Positions 9,088 to 19,500 of a stretch of DNA of 64,000 nt are shown here, in pieces (position 1 is the stretch's first letter; each line of letters starts with the position of its first letter). Source of the stretch: a virus; the IMG/VR virus record IMGVR_UViG_3300045988_171898, positions 1 to 64,000 of that record. One strand, written 5' to 3'. The notes beneath the pieces were generated by a model, which ran no database searches, was not told the DNA's origin, and saw only the letters and a program-made list of their open reading frames with translations. A program made the position numbers and the translations under genes.

Positions 9088-9420
9088 TTATCTATTTTTA
9101 TTCTCTAAATTATTTAATTCCTTAATTTTTCTCTTTGTAATAAATCTTTCAATCCCAACAGCAATCTTATCGCTGTCTATTAAATAATCTACAAAAGGTT
9201 TAACAGGTAACGGCATAATATTTAATATGCTTAACTCTATAAATGATATGGCTTTAGTTAATTTCTCTTTATTAGTATTTTGAGATAATTTATCTGCAAA
9301 TTCTACACCTAAAGGTACTAATTTTTTAATTTTATTGTTTAAGTATAATTTACTTCCAAAAATTGATATAATTAATATAAAAACAATACTTACTACTGTT
9401 ATTAATACATCTAATCCCAT
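9088..9420 (-). CDS. small membrane protein, holin-like
   Basis: 110-aa ORF with a single N-terminal transmembrane helix (VLITVVSIVFILIISIFG). Adjacent to the amidase gene. Confidence 0.4.
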   Translation of the reverse strand: MGLDVLITVVSIVFILIISIFGSKLYLNNKIKKLVPLGVEFADKLSQNTNKEKLTKAISFIELSILNIMPLPVKPFVDYLIDSDKIAVGIERFITKRKIKELNNLENKNR

Positions 9421-9442
9421 ATAATCCTCCTTTAAATATAAT

Positions 9443-9988
9443 TTATTTAACTAATGAAAAATATTTAGCAATACCATCTGCTATTGCTTTTGCATACTCA
9501 TCTTTCTTTTCCTTACCTACTTTAAAATCATCATCATTATCTATGAAAAATGGCTCAATTATTACACAAGGTGCATTAGTTTTTCTTAACAAGTATGACC
9601 CTCTATCTCCATTTTTAATAGGCTTTAATCCTCTGTCTGTTAGTTTTAAAGTTTCTAATACCTTATCTTGAATACATTGTGCCAATTCTTGTCCTTTTTT
9701 GCTTGTATTCCAATATAATACTTCTGTTCCGTGTGCATATCCATTATAAGCATTGCAATGCAAACTAATTAATACATCATATCCTATTTTATTTAATAAG
9801 AATACATTCTCTACTGAATTATAGCCACGATTATAAATATCTACTCTATAATCATATTTATTCAATTCTTTCTTTACCTTGTCTGCCAAGTCTGTATTAT
9901 AACCTAACTCTGTTTCATTTGTGTGTGGATTGATTGCTCCACAATCATTTCCACCGTGTCCTATAATTACACATACATCTTTATTCAT
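9443..9988 (-). CDS. N-acetylmuramoyl-L-alanine amidase (Amidase_3 family endolysin)
   Basis: Amidase_3 signature residues are present: VIIGHGG...E...N...ISLHCNA...NAPCVIIE. Confidence 0.8.
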   Translation of the reverse strand: MNKDVCVIIGHGGNDCGAINPHTNETELGYNTDLADKVKKELNKYDYRVDIYNRGYNSVENVFLLNKIGYDVLISLHCNAYNGYAHGTEVLYWNTSKKGQELAQCIQDKVLETLKLTDRGLKPIKNGDRGSYLLRKTNAPCVIIEPFFIDNDDDFKVGKEKKDEYAKAIADGIAKYFSLVK

Positions 9989-10334
9989 TTTATTTCTCCT
10001 CTTGTTTATTTAAATTTTTATAGAATTAATAAGAAAAGGTGCATTACTAAAGTAATGCCTTATTTAATATAATAAATAAATCCTGCTCTTGCCAACAGTT
10101 CTCTATCCCCTTTAAAATTATCCCTGTAATTTATATCTGCATAAACATTACTTCTACTATAATCCCTTTTATAGTCAATAATATTGAAATTTAATTTATT
10201 ATTATTTTCATAGTTTGAATTAATTTTTTGATTTTCTAAGGGAATACCTTTATCAATTATCTTATTAACTATTTTTTCAGTACCTTTTTCAATAACTTTA
10301 TTTACACCTACAATAGAATTTTCCTTTATTTTAT

Positions 10335-10706
10335 CTACTCCATTGTAGGCTTTGCTAAACCCTTATATTTCTCTTTATTTAATTCCCTTTCAATTTCCTT
10401 AGAAATCTGTCTACTGTCTATAAGTTTATCTGCTAAACCTCTAAGACTGCTAGGCAAAGCATTTAATACCTTATTCTCAACAGTAATTACTGCTTGATAC
10501 AATCTTTCTTCATTAGTCTTTTCCCCTTTTAAAATATCCCCTAATGCAATACCTTCAGGGATAAATTTAAATATTAATTTATTTACTTTGCTATTTAATG
10601 CAAACATAAATAGTTTAGCAATACCTTTTGAAACACCTAAACCAATAAACCCTAAACTAAAAATACCTAGCAATGTTGTCGCATTATCTGTAATAAATTT
10701 TAACAT
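10335..10706 (-). CDS. putative holin
   Basis: 123-aa ORF with an N-terminal transmembrane helix (LLGIFSLGFIGLGVSKGIAKLFMFAL). Lies immediately downstream of the GH108 lysozyme gene. Confidence 0.45.
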   Translation of the reverse strand: MLKFITDNATTLLGIFSLGFIGLGVSKGIAKLFMFALNSKVNKLIFKFIPEGIALGDILKGEKTNEERLYQAVITVENKVLNALPSSLRGLADKLIDSRQISKEIERELNKEKYKGLAKPTME

Positions 10707-10707
10707 T

Positions 10708-11241
10708 TTATACCTCCGTTAAATTATCTTTAATAAATTTTTCTTTTCTGTCAACCCTATTTAGCCAACCCTTTAAAAAATCCTTTTGAGTTGGATTATA
10801 TTTAACTATGTTATGATAAAACTGTCTTTGCTTTTCGTGATATACTCTTAAAAAATCATCAGCATTAACATTATTCAATGCTTCTAAAGATTGTTTCCCA
10901 AATATACCATCTACACTTAAATTATAACCTAACTCATTTAATGTTACCTGTGCTTTCTTAGTAGCCCATCTGCCACTATTAACATAAAAATCTAATATAG
11001 ATAATTTTATTCTGTTATCATTAATTTCATTTATTCTAATTTTAGTATAATATTTATTGTAATATATTTCTTTAGCCTTTTCCTGTGTTAAATCTCTCAT
11101 ATTCCCAGTATAGCCACACTCTCTTGCTCTCTCTTTAGTTATACCCCAGTTAGTTTCTCCACCTTTATCGTGCTTGTCATTAGTATATCCTCCCTCAACA
11201 GAGAGAATATATTTAAAATATAAATCAAATATCTTATCCAC
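10708..11241 (-). CDS. GH108-family lysozyme with a C-terminal peptidoglycan-binding domain
   Basis: Carries the GH108 signature EGGYTNDKHDKGGETNWGIT. The C-terminal half resembles PG_binding_3. Confidence 0.75.
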   Translation of the reverse strand: MDKIFDLYFKYILSVEGGYTNDKHDKGGETNWGITKERARECGYTGNMRDLTQEKAKEIYYNKYYTKIRINEINDNRIKLSILDFYVNSGRWATKKAQVTLNELGYNLSVDGIFGKQSLEALNNVNADDFLRVYHEKQRQFYHNIVKYNPTQKDFLKGWLNRVDRKEKFIKDNLTEV

Positions 11242-11255
11242 AATTAACCTCCTAA

Positions 11256-11852
11256 TTACTGTCTAAAATAGTCATATACATTAATATCTTTTAACTGCTC
11301 TAATGTATATTTATCTAATCCTTGTAAAACTGTTTGCTCTATCAATTCAACCTGTTCCATATTATTATAAATTTCATCACTTATTTTATTAATAATATCA
11401 TCAGTTGTTTCAATAAAGATTATTTTATTGTCTGATTTTCTTACCTTTATCTTAAATTTATTCTTATTTAATATTTTCATAAGAACTAAATTACTCATAA
11501 ACATTCTTCTATCAAGTTCACTATTTATAAACTTGACTTTCTCATTGTTACCATCAATCTGCACATCTATTTCAATTTCTTGATTTAAGTTATCCCTCTT
11601 AGCAATTTCTAAATCCCTTAAAATATAGCTTTTAATTGTACTCTTTTCATTATTTTTCTTTGCTTCAAGCAATACCGTATCAATTTTAAGTTCATTGTTT
11701 GAATATACATAGCAATCTAACTTACTTAAATCAATATTATCCTCATCAACTTCAACAGACTTGTCATAACTAATTTCATTTGATATGCTGTCCTTGAAAT
11801 AATAATTTCTAGGTCTGTCATTAACAATTTCAACTACAATCTTTCTTCCCAC
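11256..11852 (-). CDS. hypothetical protein in the tail-fibre region
   Basis: 198-aa ORF with a ribosome-binding site, between the fibre and lysin genes. Confidence 0.45.
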   Translation of the reverse strand: MGRKIVVEIVNDRPRNYYFKDSISNEISYDKSVEVDEDNIDLSKLDCYVYSNNELKIDTVLLEAKKNNEKSTIKSYILRDLEIAKRDNLNQEIEIDVQIDGNNEKVKFINSELDRRMFMSNLVLMKILNKNKFKIKVRKSDNKIIFIETTDDIINKISDEIYNNMEQVELIEQTVLQGLDKYTLEQLKDINVYDYFRQ

Positions 11853-11869
11853 TATAAATTCTCCTTTTA

Positions 11870-13609
11870 TTAAAATATTACAATTTTTGTTATGCTTAAT
11901 GAATAATTAAGTCCATTATAGAAACCTAATATAACCTTATTATAGTCATCAACCATAACTCTAAATGATTTGGTTATATCATTCTCAACATACTGATTAC
12001 TTACATAGACACTATTTTTAGGCATTAAATAAGTATCTATAATACCTTTTATACCACCATTCCAAGTATAAAATTTGCTTGAACTTGTATTATATAAGTT
12101 ATCATCACATACATAAAACATAATACAATTATATTCATATCCATTAACATAACTTGCATAATTAAATTTTTCTATTCTTGCAGTACCACCACTTGAATTA
12201 TTTAAAATATTCATCTTACCTTCAAATATTGTCTTTACAGGTCTTACTACAACATTGCCTACATATAGTTTATTATCTTCAAATTTATTAGTACCACTAA
12301 AAGTATTATTACTGTTTATTCTTGCATAATAACTTAAACTGTTATTTATACTATTAACAGTGCTACTTAAACTACTTAACTCATAACTTCTTGCATAGGT
12401 ACTACCTAAATTATTATATTGATTAGATAATGTTTGGTAATAACTATTTAAGTTTGAATATTGTGAATTTAAACTGTTTACACTTGCAGATAAATCACTA
12501 ATATTATTATTAATTTGGCTTAAATCTGAACTACCTGTATTACTCTTTAATTCTATAATTTTAGATTTAATTTCATCAATACCTGATGTAAAGTCAGTCT
12601 TTGATGTATAACTTGAAAACCTGTTATCTACATCATTAATTCTATTCTTATTATTCTCAATTTTAGTATTTAGTTCATCAATTTTACTGTCAGATACACC
12701 TGAACTATTACTTTTTAGTTCAACACCATTCAATAATAATTTACTTGCTTTAAAATTAATATTTTTATCATTAATACCAATCAATATATTATTGTCATCA
12801 TCTTCCTTAATCAATTCATTGTTCTTTAATTTAAATAAATCTGAATTAATTGAAGATAGTTTAGGCAAAGTAATATTACCACTAAAATCAACATTTCCAT
12901 AAAAACTTGTACTACTATTAAATAAATTTGTACTGTTAATAGAATTTGTACCCTCTATCTTTACATAATTATTACTTATCTCGCTTGAAAAGTCTGAAAA
13001 CTTTGAACTTAAATTTGAATTATTTTTTAAATTAAATGAACTTTCAAATGTATTTAATTTATTGTCAATAGCATTATTAAACCTATTGTCAATATCAAGT
13101 TCTGTAATTTTACTGTTCATTTTATTTTCAATATTTGAATTTATATTATTCAATATATTTGTTTCTATACTATCTACTTTATTTTTTAAAACATTGTTTA
13201 CCTTACTTTCAATATCGCTAGATTTTACATACTCATCTAAATTTAAATTACTGCTTCCCCCACCATTAGTAATTAATTCATTCAACTTACCATTAATAGT
13301 TGAAATAGTTGTATTTAAATTGTTTATGCTGTTATTAAAGTCATTAATATTAACAGAACTGGATAAAGTATTCTTTATTTCACTAAGTGAATTTTCAAGT
13401 TCTGTTTCATCTATATATTTATTAACATCAATCTCTAAATTGCTTAATTTATTTTTTAAACTATCAATATTCTTATTAAGATTTTTTAATTGAACATCAC
13501 TAATATTCCCACTATCACTTCCATTAATTACTTCAGTAACATTGTTTAACTGCTCCACTATATTAAAAATATTCATAGTCTTTATATTATCATTATCTCT
13601 TAAATTCAT
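11870..13609 (-). CDS. tail fibre protein (N/S-rich coiled-coil shaft with a C-terminal globular domain)
   Basis: 579-aa ORF with an extreme Asn/Ser-rich repetitive sequence. Positioned after the baseplate genes. Confidence 0.6.
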   Translation of the reverse strand: MNLRDNDNIKTMNIFNIVEQLNNVTEVINGSDSGNISDVQLKNLNKNIDSLKNKLSNLEIDVNKYIDETELENSLSEIKNTLSSSVNINDFNNSINNLNTTISTINGKLNELITNGGGSSNLNLDEYVKSSDIESKVNNVLKNKVDSIETNILNNINSNIENKMNSKITELDIDNRFNNAIDNKLNTFESSFNLKNNSNLSSKFSDFSSEISNNYVKIEGTNSINSTNLFNSSTSFYGNVDFSGNITLPKLSSINSDLFKLKNNELIKEDDDNNILIGINDKNINFKASKLLLNGVELKSNSSGVSDSKIDELNTKIENNKNRINDVDNRFSSYTSKTDFTSGIDEIKSKIIELKSNTGSSDLSQINNNISDLSASVNSLNSQYSNLNSYYQTLSNQYNNLGSTYARSYELSSLSSTVNSINNSLSYYARINSNNTFSGTNKFEDNKLYVGNVVVRPVKTIFEGKMNILNNSSGGTARIEKFNYASYVNGYEYNCIMFYVCDDNLYNTSSSKFYTWNGGIKGIIDTYLMPKNSVYVSNQYVENDITKSFRVMVDDYNKVILGFYNGLNYSLSITKIVIF

Positions 13610-13627
13610 TTACCCTCCTTTATGAAA

Positions 13628-14938
13628 TTATCTAGGAACAAATTTTAATCCTTTTATTAAAAATTCAACATTAAATTTATTATTAATAATACTATCCGTA
13701 ATATTTCCACCTAAATAATCTAAATAACTGCCAATAGTCCATCTTCTATAATTTAACATAATTATATTATTTGCTAAAAATTGAAAAGAAACCTCTTCAT
13801 CATTATTATTTATATTAAAATTATTTTCAGTATTATCAATAATTAAAACATCTTTCCCTAAATTTATACTTAAATTTAATAAAATAAATCTAACTACATC
13901 ATCTTCATTTTCACTATTACCAATAAATTTTTCAAAATTTAATATCCCTGAATTTAAAGAATTATCATACCTTACTGTATTATATTCATTTCTTACACAA
14001 TTAAAGAATATTCTCTTACCATTTATACCGACTAATTTTATATTTTCTTGATAATCAACTATTAAATAAATTTTATAATTATTTGAAATTTTTTTTAATT
14101 TTTTAAAATTATCTTTAAAATATTTACCTAACTTCTTATAACTATTTGTTTTTTTAAAATCCCAACCTAATATAATTCCAAAAAAATATAAATCATCTCT
14201 ACCAGTATAATAAACATAACCTAATTTATTATCAGGCTTTTCAACAATAGTTTTTTTTATTTTTTCATTATCAATATTTTGGTATGAAATATCAAATGAA
14301 ATTAAATCTTCAAAATAATATGAAAAAGAAGATTTTTTTAAATATTCAGATATTTCATCATTATTTCCTACATTTTGATTTTCATTATTACTACCACCTT
14401 TAAACTCTTGCCCATTTAAATATAACTTACCATCACTTGACTGTAAATTTAATTTTCTTTGACTATTTCCAATATTTATATTATCATTGTCATCACTAAT
14501 AACTTGGTTAGAATTTATTTTGTATTGATTAGTATTTAAAGGGAAAGTAAATGTATTCTCCTTATCTTTATATGCAATATTAGATATGTTTGATAAGTTT
14601 TGACTTGTTAAAAATTCTGTATCAACTCCATTAACTTGTATTTGTGTAGTCAAGAAATTAAGTTTTTTTGTATTATCTCCTAAAGATATTATATTATTTT
14701 CTTCATTAATATATTTATTTTTTGCTACAATGTTTTCATTATTCAATGTATTTATAGTTTCCACTAAACTATTTTTTAATAACTTTATATTATTATTTAA
14801 AGTATTAAATGTTTGATTATTCAATATGCTTCCCCATTTATTTTCCTGTAATTTCTGTAAATTTGTATTTTCAGATGTACTAGGTAAAACTAACTCTGTA
14901 TCTACCTTATTTAAGTTTATTAAATCTATTTTTGACAA
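13628..14938 (-). CDS. tail fibre / receptor-binding protein
   Basis: 436-aa ORF with an N/S-rich N-terminus similar in style to the adjacent fibre. Confidence 0.5.
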   Translation of the reverse strand: MSKIDLINLNKVDTELVLPSTSENTNLQKLQENKWGSILNNQTFNTLNNNIKLLKNSLVETINTLNNENIVAKNKYINEENNIISLGDNTKKLNFLTTQIQVNGVDTEFLTSQNLSNISNIAYKDKENTFTFPLNTNQYKINSNQVISDDNDNINIGNSQRKLNLQSSDGKLYLNGQEFKGGSNNENQNVGNNDEISEYLKKSSFSYYFEDLISFDISYQNIDNEKIKKTIVEKPDNKLGYVYYTGRDDLYFFGIILGWDFKKTNSYKKLGKYFKDNFKKLKKISNNYKIYLIVDYQENIKLVGINGKRIFFNCVRNEYNTVRYDNSLNSGILNFEKFIGNSENEDDVVRFILLNLSINLGKDVLIIDNTENNFNINNNDEEVSFQFLANNIIMLNYRRWTIGSYLDYLGGNITDSIINNKFNVEFLIKGLKFVPR

Positions 14939-14960
14939 AATAATTTACCCCCTTTCCTCG

Positions 14961-15620
14961 TTACATATCCCCCTCCATTGCTAAGCACCTAACAGTTATA
15001 ATATTCTGTTGTTCGTGCAACTTTATCGGTTGTGTCCATATATTCATATAATGTACTATTAAATTTTCATATCCTCTCTTAAATTGTAAATTTCCTACTG
15101 GTCTAAATCCAAAAGCACCACTCCAACCACCAATATTCACATCTCCACACATCAAATTTTGCATATATTGATTATTTCCATTAATTCTATACCTACCTAA
15201 TATAGTTCCACCTATAAATATATCAAATCCACAATCCCCTACTAAGCCATTATTCTTGCTTAGAAATTCCATCATAAATGAAAAAGCATAGACAGTACCA
15301 TTATAGAAATGATTTTCTACTGTGGGATTATATTGGTTGCCACTCCATCTAATTAATCCATTATCCCACCTTCTAGTGTCATTACTTTGAGAAGCAACCA
15401 TACATGACACAACTTTATATTGATTATCCCCTAAAGGATTGGCATTAAATATATAAGTTCCTAAATTAGCATAACTTCCCCATTGAAAACTGTTCATAGT
15501 TGTAAACACTCTCTCATTGACCCAAGGAAGATTATGTTGGTTTCCCCTTAAATTCAAATTATATCCATTATTTACCACATACTCTGCTCTTTTCTGATAT
15601 GTATTTACCTTTAACCACAT
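14961..15620 (-). CDS. putative tail/baseplate accessory protein (Trp/Gly/Asn-rich)
   Basis: 219-aa ORF located in the tail module. Confidence 0.4.
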   Translation of the reverse strand: MWLKVNTYQKRAEYVVNNGYNLNLRGNQHNLPWVNERVFTTMNSFQWGSYANLGTYIFNANPLGDNQYKVVSCMVASQSNDTRRWDNGLIRWSGNQYNPTVENHFYNGTVYAFSFMMEFLSKNNGLVGDCGFDIFIGGTILGRYRINGNNQYMQNLMCGDVNIGGWSGAFGFRPVGNLQFKRGYENLIVHYMNIWTQPIKLHEQQNIITVRCLAMEGDM

Positions 15621-15621
15621 A

Positions 15622-16224
15622 TTATGTTACCGTTTGTTGTACATATAACTGTACAATCCCTTCTATATTTCTCCAATTTAATGGTGCAGGTTTAAATGTA
15701 TATTTAATGGGTTTTGAGGCTTCATTCCTTATCCAAAAATTACTGTCAAAACAAGGAAAATCAAAAAGCCATTGATTTCCTGTAACCCCACTACCACTAA
15801 CTTCTGCATTCCAAATTGCCAAATCTCCAAATGTATCACTCCAAAACTTAATTCTTCCATACCACGTATTAATATATATATCTCCTTGTACATGCCAATC
15901 AATACTATAACCTCTGATATTATAATATGTACCTAAATGATGTGTTTCATTTGGATTTAGCCAAATATTAAACTGTGTACCACTATATGAGCCATCAAAA
16001 CTATTAGCCTGTACCCATCCTCTATAATTATAGTTTCCCAAATCTTCAACTATTGCTCTCAACCCACTTACTCTTAATCCATCTGCCCTAGCACTAGCAA
16101 CTGCACCAAGCACCATAAAATTACCTTCAACTATTGGAAAAAAACTACGTAAATCAATCTGCTGTCCTGAATAACAGTTTACTATTTTACCTTTCTGCAC
16201 ATTCGCTATTCTAGTCCATCCCAT
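15622..16224 (-). CDS. putative tail/baseplate accessory protein (Trp/Gly-rich)
   Basis: 200-aa ORF, contiguous with 14961..15620. Confidence 0.4.
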   Translation of the reverse strand: MGWTRIANVQKGKIVNCYSGQQIDLRSFFPIVEGNFMVLGAVASARADGLRVSGLRAIVEDLGNYNYRGWVQANSFDGSYSGTQFNIWLNPNETHHLGTYYNIRGYSIDWHVQGDIYINTWYGRIKFWSDTFGDLAIWNAEVSGSGVTGNQWLFDFPCFDSNFWIRNEASKPIKYTFKPAPLNWRNIEGIVQLYVQQTVT

Positions 16225-16234
16225 AAAAAACTCC

Positions 16235-16540
16235 TTAAATATAAATTAAAAAATCTACTTCAATTATACCCCAATAGGCTTTATAAGTATAAATAACATC
16301 ATTACCTTCAGTTCTTTGATTGCTTAAAACAAGTTGTGCTATACCTATACTCTTGTCATACATCTTACTAATTATAGACCTAACATTGCAGAATACATAA
16401 GCACCATTCCTACATCTAATATCGTATGTCTGATTGTGTTGCATTGTAACATTATATACCCTTGTGTATGCAAAATATTTTCTAACACTTACCCAATATC
16501 CGTTAGGGAGACCACTCCTGATATTCAATAGTACCTGCAC
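16235..16540 (-). CDS. hypothetical protein
   Basis: 101-aa ORF whose start overlaps the end of the gene at 16503..19970. May be real or an artefact. Confidence 0.3.
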   Translation of the reverse strand: MQVLLNIRSGLPNGYWVSVRKYFAYTRVYNVTMQHNQTYDIRCRNGAYVFCNVRSIISKMYDKSIGIAQLVLSNQRTEGNDVIYTYKAYWGIIEVDFLIYI

Positions 16541-19500
16541 CTATTATAGTTCTTTTTCCATTACCTTCAACTATAATATATCTATTAGCCGTTACCTTGC
16601 CGTTAAACTCTGTATCACTATTAAATACAGTTTGACTATCTATCTGCAATTTTCTACCAGCAATCCTTACTCCCTCATTACTTAAATTAATCTGTGCCAC
16701 TATCTCATTCTTCTTAACTAGATTACTTGTATCTATTTGAGATATTTGCAAATTAATTTCATTCTTAATTTGAGTAAATCTGCTCTCTATCTGACTTTTA
16801 TATGTATCAAAATCTGTTTTCTTAACTTTGTCATCATTTCCACCAATAGTACCACCACTCACTATCTCAATACGATTAGCCCTTACTGTCAACCCATAAT
16901 AAGGGTCATAACTCAAATAGCCACCGTGAGAGCCATCTCCTATGTAAATACTATTGGATTTCAAACCATAATCCTTACTGCTACCTTCTGCAATAAGATA
17001 TACAATAACATCTCTGTCAACTAAATTATCTTCATACTGTGTATTAGCCAACTTTCTTTGAATTACTTGCAATCTATACTTAGTAGTTCCTTTGTCAACA
17101 TAACTAAACGGACTTACATACATATACTCATCTCCTATCCTAACAATAAGATAAGTTTCATATAAAGTATTTTTAAATAAACTTTCTGCATAATTGCTTG
17201 AGTGTTCCCCCCTTAACTCTACATCAATCAAAGGGTCATTACTTGTTTCCAAAGTATGAAGTCTAAATTTATCTACTGCAATTATTTTTCCAATAATCTT
17301 ACCCAATCTTTCATCAAAAAATTCAATCCTATCTGCATATTGTTTTATATTTGTATTTTCTTGCTGTATTCCACTATGGTTAAATGTAGGGTCTGTCAAT
17401 GGATTAAATTTTTCTATCTGTGAAAATTTTAAATCTAACAATTTATAATCCTTATTATATACATTTAATAATGTATATTCTATTTTCCTGTTATTATCAA
17501 ATGTAATTGATTTACCTACAATTAAAAATAAACTGTTTGTATCTATTCCTGTAACTGTTTCATCACTAATTGTAACTAAATCATATAATTCTAACTCTAA
17601 TCTTTTTAATGTATTAACAGGTATTACATATTTAATACTCTCTACATCAGTTCCTTTATATGCACTAAATACATAACTTAATAATTTTCTAGTATACTGC
17701 TCATTAAATATAGTTTTTTCGATATTAAAAGGCTTTTTACCATCATATAATTTAATACTTTCACTATCACTATGATAAAAATTATTATTCTCTTGTACGA
17801 TAGGATTTAATTTTATATAGTAATTTTGAATATAAATTAAGTCCTTTACACTAATCTTGGCATACTCTATATTTGTAAATAATGGGTTATTAAAATGTAG
17901 TAATGTTTCCCCATTCCAATTACTCACGGCAACACATCTTATTTCAATCCCACCTGCTCTCATCTCCCTGAATTTAAGTTTTTCGTGTGCCGTTGCTTCT
18001 GGCAATGTCCTTACTGGAAATAATATATCATTAGGCTCTAATAATATATTAGTAGTTTTCTGTGTACTTTTTAATGCAATATCCCCTATTATCTCCCCAC
18101 TACCTGTTTCAAATGATATTTTTGGTAAATCTTTCAAATATACATTAGGTCTTAATGTATTTACAAATTTACTCACTATTTCTGTATCATTTTCATTAGG
18201 GTTAGTTATCTCTAATTTAAATCCACTATTGTCAAATGTATCATAAATAGGTAATCCCTTGCTATTTATACCACTTTGACTTAATCTAGTTGCATTTACA
18301 AATACATCTAGTCCTCTTTGGCTCTGTTCCCATTCCTTTTCATATAATAAATGAGTTCCACCAATCCAAGTTCCTATTATATTGTCAACACCTAAATAGT
18401 TTCCTGTATATTCTAAATCTTTCAAGTTCTTAGGGCTTCCAAATTGTAAAGTTAAAGACTTATTAAGATTTATATGTTCTATTCCATCATCATTTAATAC
18501 AATAGGGCTTACTGGTATTTCAAGGTTGTTAGTAATTGCACTTTTATTTTTAGGACTTTGCTTACTTAATGCAAATACAGTTGGTAAATTCCCTTGTACA
18601 TAGTAAAACGTGTAATTTCTAGTATTATTAAACCCTAAATCAAATAGCCATTTCCCCTTACCAAACTCTAACAGTCCTGTATCGTTAAGAATTTCTATTG
18701 GCATAAATGTAACTGTATCTCCTTGTATTTCCAAAGGATTGCATATAAACTCTATACCAGTAACATTATCTTTTAGCATACAAACACTAGGTGTACCATA
18801 TACATCAAGACTTACTTTACTTGCTATATGACTATCTCTAACAACAAATTCTTTAACTAAATAATTTCCACTATCTAATATAACTAAAGGTGTTACACTT
18901 ATATTTTTATTATATTTATAATTTATTCCTTTATCTAAATCATAATAAGGAAATTGTCTTGTATATTTTATATTCCCATAATTAAAAATTAACTGGTTAT
19001 CATCACTAATTGATATATCAGTTAAGTTTCTTACATCATCTAATATTATATCACTACGTAACTTATCCCCACCTAACACTTCACTAAATACATATAAATG
19101 CCCTCTAGGTGTAAATGTTACTCTTATTCCATTGCTTGATAATAACTCAATTATTTCTTGATATGTAGAATAGTTGCTCATAGCCAAGTTTTCTATAATT
19201 GGATATTCACTTTCATTGATATGCTTGAAATATATTTTTTCTTTAGGTATTTTAAATAATTCACTTAAAAATTCTCTAAGTGTTTTATTCTGTTTAAAAT
19301 TTTTCTTTACTAAATCTTTATTCCAATAACTTCCTAACTGGTCTACAATGTTAAGTGTTATTTGTCTTTTATCATTTAAGGATTTACTAAAACTAACTTT
19401 CTTTAAATAACCCCTAAATGTTAGTATAACTTTATCATCATATCCTTCAAATATGAATATTTTAGTCTTATATAATGAATAGTTATATTTTTGAATTGAA

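Noticed and set aside
13062-13493. Plus-strand ORFs embedded in minus-strand genes (13062..13493, 16334..16685, 16737..17024, 17857..18246, 23624..24228, 25955..26158, 26874..27086, 29723..29941, 30803..31033, 34313..34564, 36236..36556, 37549..37755, 41137..41346, 41690..42107, 46085..46333, 46741..46950, 48825..49052, 49137..49385)
   Set aside because: They lie entirely antisense within well-supported structural genes and lack ribosome-binding sites. Their low-complexity Leu/Ser/Phe-rich translations are typical of antisense AT-rich DNA.
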